This document shows, piece after piece, positions 60,621 through 64,000 of a stretch of 64,000 nucleotides of DNA. The first letter of the stretch is position 1; every line of letters starts with the position of its first letter. The stretch is from the NCBI GenBank assembly GCA_905178155.1, contig CAJINV010000008.1, positions 372,001 through 436,000 of the forward strand, read 5' to 3'. Source of the stretch: Amoebophrya sp. A120. Taxonomy: Eukaryota; Protista; Dinoflagellata. The notes under the pieces are model-generated. The model saw nothing but the letters and a program-made list of their open reading frames with translations. It searched no databases and was not told where the DNA came from. The position numbers and the translations under genes are program-made.

Positions 60621-61002
60621 TTACTAGGCCTGGCTGGTGGTCTGTGGTGCTTACCAGTGGCAGTGCGCCTGTCTTACTTCGTTTCTCCTCAACCCGCAAC
60701 ATTTGCAGAGGATACACTTTTGTAGTCTTCATGTTTTCCACAAACCTCGACTGCACCCAGGGGTGAGTTATGCAACGTTGTGAAGTGTCGCACACGCATG
60801 GCATGTATCCCTTGCCGTGTCTTCGTGTTCCTTGTCGTGCACCCGGCATGACATACGTAATACTAGATATGTACGTTAGATCAGGTCGTCAAAGAAGATA
60901 CTCTGCACTACTGCCATGCATTTCCACCAGGACTGGAACTGCAAAATCTCTACACTGAATAGCGAAAGGTGAGAGAACCCATTATTTAATAGTATTCCGC
61001 AA

Positions 61003-61172
61003 TAGAAACAAAGAACAGAAACGAAAAACAAAAACAAAGAATGGAAACGAGAAACGACAACAAACAATGGAAACAAAAAACGAAAACAAAGAATAAAAAC
61101 GAAAAACGAAAACAAAGAATGAAAACAAAAAACGAAAACAAAGAATAGAAACGAAAAACAACAACAACGAAA
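61003..61172. repeat. A-rich degenerate tandem repeat (GAAAC(G/A)AAAAAC/AAAGAAT)
   Basis: Repeated AAACGAAAAAC and AAAACAAAGAAT units with almost no T or C runs. Confidence 0.9.
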
Positions 61173-61199
61173 TGCTGACAAAGCGCCCAAGCTTCTAAG

Positions 61200-62350
61200 C
61201 GACGAAGCCTCGAAACGAAGGGGCCTCGAAACGCCGAAGCAGCGAAGCCTCGAAGCAACGAAGAAGCCTCGAAGAGCCGCGAAGCCTCGAAGAGCTGCAA
61301 AGCCTCGAAGGGCCGCGAAGCCTCGAAGAGCCGCAAAGCCTCGAAGAGCGGCGAAGCCGCGAAGCCTCGAAGGAAGCAGCGAAGCCTCGAAGGGAGCAGC
61401 GAAGCCGCGAAGGGAGCAGCGAAGCCGCGAGGGGAGCAGCGAAGCCGCGAGGGGAGCAGCGAAGCCTCGGAGGGGGCAGCGAAGCCTCGAAGGGAGCAAC
61501 GAAGCCTCGAAGGAAGCCTCGAAGCAGCAAAGCCTCGAAGCAGCGAAGCCTCGAAGCAGCGAAGCCTCGAAGCAGCGAGGCCTCGAAGCAGCGAAGCCTC
61601 GAAGCGGCGAGGCCTCGAAGGGAGCAGCGAAGCAGCGACGCCTCGAAGCAGCGACGCCTCGAAGCCTCGAAGCGGCGAAGCTCGAAGCGCGCAGCGATCG
61701 AAGCCTCGAAGCGCGCCGCGAAGCCTCGAAGCGCGCAGCGAAGCCTCGAAGCACGCAGCGAAGCCTCGAAGCACGCAGCGAAGCCTCGAAGCACGCGGCG
61801 AAGCCTCGAAGCACGCAGCGAAGCCTCGAAGCACGCGGCGAAGCCTCGAAGCACGCGGCGAAGCCTCGAAGCACGCGGCGAAACCTCGAAGCACGCGGCG
61901 AAGCCTCGAAGCACACAGCGAAGCCTCGAAGCAGCGAAGCGTCGAAGCAGCAAAGCCCCGAAGCACCGCCTCAGGCCTCGAAGCAGCGCCTGAGGCCTCG
62001 AAGCAGCGCCTGAAGCCTCGAAGCGGCGTCTGAAGCCTCGAGGCAGCAGCGTGCGAAGCCTCGGGTCAGCAACGTGCGAAACCTCGAGGCAACAGCGTGA
62101 GAAACCTCGAGGCGGCAACGCGCGAAACCTCGAGGCAGCAGCGTGAGAAACCTCGAGGCAGCAGCGTGCGAGGCCCCGAAGCAGCAGCGCGCGACGCCTC
62201 GGGGCAGCAGCGTACGAAACCCCGAGGCAGCAACGTACGAAACCTCGAAGCAGCAACGAACGCACGAAGCCACGGCGCAACAACGTACGAAACAACGCGC
62301 GAAGCCCCGAAGCCGCGGGGCCCCGAAGCAGTAAAGCCTCGACGAAGCCG
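61200..62350. repeat. GAAGCCTCGAAGC-core minisatellite (16-20-bp units, grading into ~28-bp GAAACCTCGAGGCAGCAGCGT units)
   Basis: For example (GAAGCCTCGAAGCACGCAGC)n at 61740-61930 and (GAAGCCTCGAAGCAGC)n at 61515-61610. Confidence 0.95.
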
Positions 62351-62735
62351 CGCCGGCCGGTGCCGGACCATGGCCAAGCCGAGCCGGTGCGTGCCTGCCG
62401 GACCATGGCCAAGCAAGGCGAGCCGGTGCCGGGCCATGAGCAGACCGAGCCGGTGCATGCCGGACCATGGATGGCAAGGCCGGGCCGGTGCGTGCCGGAC
62501 CCTGGCAAGGCCAAGCCGGTGCCGGACCATGGCCGAGCCGAGCCGGACTATGCATGGCCAAGCCGAGCCGGTGCCGGACCATGCATGGCCAAGCCGAGCC
62601 GGTGGGTGCCGGACGATGCATGGCCAAGCCGAGCCGGTGCCGGAGCATGCATGGCCAAGCCGAGAAGGTGCCGGACCATGGCCGAGGCGAGCCGGTGCCG
62701 GGCCATTCAGCATGGCCAAGCCGAACCATGGCCAA
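62351..62735. repeat. GCCGGTGCCGGACCATG(CATG)GCCAAGCCGA minisatellite (~27-31 bp)
   Basis: About 12 degenerate tandem units. Confidence 0.93.
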
Positions 62736-63130
62736 GACCCGAAGCGAAGATAAAAGCCCCGAAGCAAAGAAGCCGCGAAGCGAAGAGAGATGCCCCGAAG
62801 CGAAGAGAGGCGCCCCGAAGCAAAGTAGCCCCGAGGCGAGGATAGAAGCGAAGATAGAAGCCTCGAAGCCGCAGCGAACGAAGTCTCGAAGCCGCGGCGA
62901 AGCCTCGAAGCCGTAGCGAGGCCTCGAAGCCGCAGCGACGCCCCGAAGCCGCAGCAAAGCCCCGAAGCCTCAGCGACGGCTCGAAGCCGCAGCGAAGCCT
63001 AGAAGCCGCAGCGAAGCCCCGAAGACGCAGCGAAGCCTCGAAGCCGCAGCGCAGGCCGCTCGAAGCCGCAACAAAACCTCGAAGCATCGCGGCCTCGAAG
63101 TAACAACGCCGCAGCGAAGCCGCAGCGGAG
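62736..63130. repeat. Second GAAGCC-core minisatellite block (GAAGCCTCGAAGCCGCAGC, ~19 bp)
   Basis: Tandem degenerate units. Confidence 0.9.
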
Positions 63131-64000
63131 CCAGGTCGTGGCCGCGCCGGTGCCAGATCAGGGTCGGGGGGGCCGGTTCCAGGTCGTGGCGAAGCCTGCC
63201 GGTGCCAGGTCATGGCCAAGCCGGTGCCGGGCCAATGGCCTGCCAGCCAAGCCTACCAGCCAACGCCACGTCATTCATAATTGCCGAGCCGGTGCCAGAT
63301 CTTGGCCAAGCCAATGCAAGGCCGTGGCCAAGCCGGTGCCAGATCCTTCCTGGCGAAGCCTGCCGGTGCCCGGTCGTGGCCAGGCCGGTCGGTGGCAGAT
63401 CATGGCCAAACCAAGCCTGCCGATGGATGCTTGCCAGATCATACACGGCCAAGCCTAGCCGGCCGGTGCCAGATCGGGGCATGCAAAGCCCCCCCCCCGG
63501 CCGGTGCCCGGCAGATCATGACAAAGCCGGTGCCAGATCATGGGCGAGCCTGAGCCACTCAGATCATGGCGTGGCCAAGCCGACGCCAGGTCGTCCGTGT
63601 CCAAGCCTGCCGGTGCGTGCCAGATCATGGCCCGGGTCGCTGGCGCCAGGTCGCGCGCGGTCCGAACCGCCAGGCCAAACAAGCCTGCGTGCCGGCGCCA
63701 GGCCGTGGCCAAACCGGTGCCAGATCATGCCCTCGCCTGCCACCGTCTGCCACCCTGCCCGCCGGCGCCAGATCATGGCCAGGCCGGTTCCGAGTGATTC
63801 TGGTGGCCAGGCCCGCCGGTGCCGGAACATGGCCAGCCCGCTGCCAGATCACGCCCAAGCCGGTGCCAGGAAGCGGCAAGGCCGTTGCCAGATCATGGCC
63901 ATGCCGGTGCCAGGTGGGTCGTTTCCAAGCCGGCGCCATATCATCGCCGAACCGGTGCCAGACAGGTCGCGCCCAAGCGAGCCGGTGCCAGATCATGGCC
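63131..64000. repeat. GCCGGTGCCAGATCATGGCCAA minisatellite, degenerate, running off the window
   Basis: The GGTGCCAGATCATGGC core is repeated through to 64000. Confidence 0.92.

Noticed and set aside
60876-63996. Long ORFs (up to 439 aa) in the terminal region
   Set aside because: They are open in several frames because of stop-free tandem repeats, with no protein-like content.
61200-64000. CRISPR-like array
   Set aside because: No unique spacers, variable unit length, eukaryotic context and no cas genes.

Overview
Intron-rich eukaryotic genomic DNA. It is most consistent with a syndinian dinoflagellate such as Amoebophrya; this is an inference from myzozoan-type proteins, genes all on one strand, and inverted-repeat non-canonical introns. 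About 17 spliced genes are recognisable, all on the minus strand. They include two dynein light chains (roadblock/LC7 and DNAL4-like), a probable myzozoan complex IV subunit, a CFAP119-like flagellar protein, an aldehyde dehydrogenase-fold protein, a PhyH dioxygenase, GNA1, citrate synthase, a coiled-coil/GAR-domain protein and a tandem array of secreted WSC/PAN-Apple/lectin-like proteins. The window ends in a 3-kb mosaic satellite. The main signal is a set of about 14 elements with terminal inverted repeats (TIRs), 155-1330 bp long. Most start and end in TA and are flanked by a 5-bp direct repeat (DR), and 12 interrupt coding sequence. Removing the element plus one DR copy restores the reading frame in all 12. 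For the seven with perfect DRs, no register gives GT-AG, GC-AG or AT-AC. The elements fall into several TIR families, occur in both orientations, share an internal TGTCATGC motif, and range from pristine to decayed to GT-AG. Ordinary GT-AG introns occur in the same genes. No transposase is encoded in the window. All protein names are from recall, not database searches.
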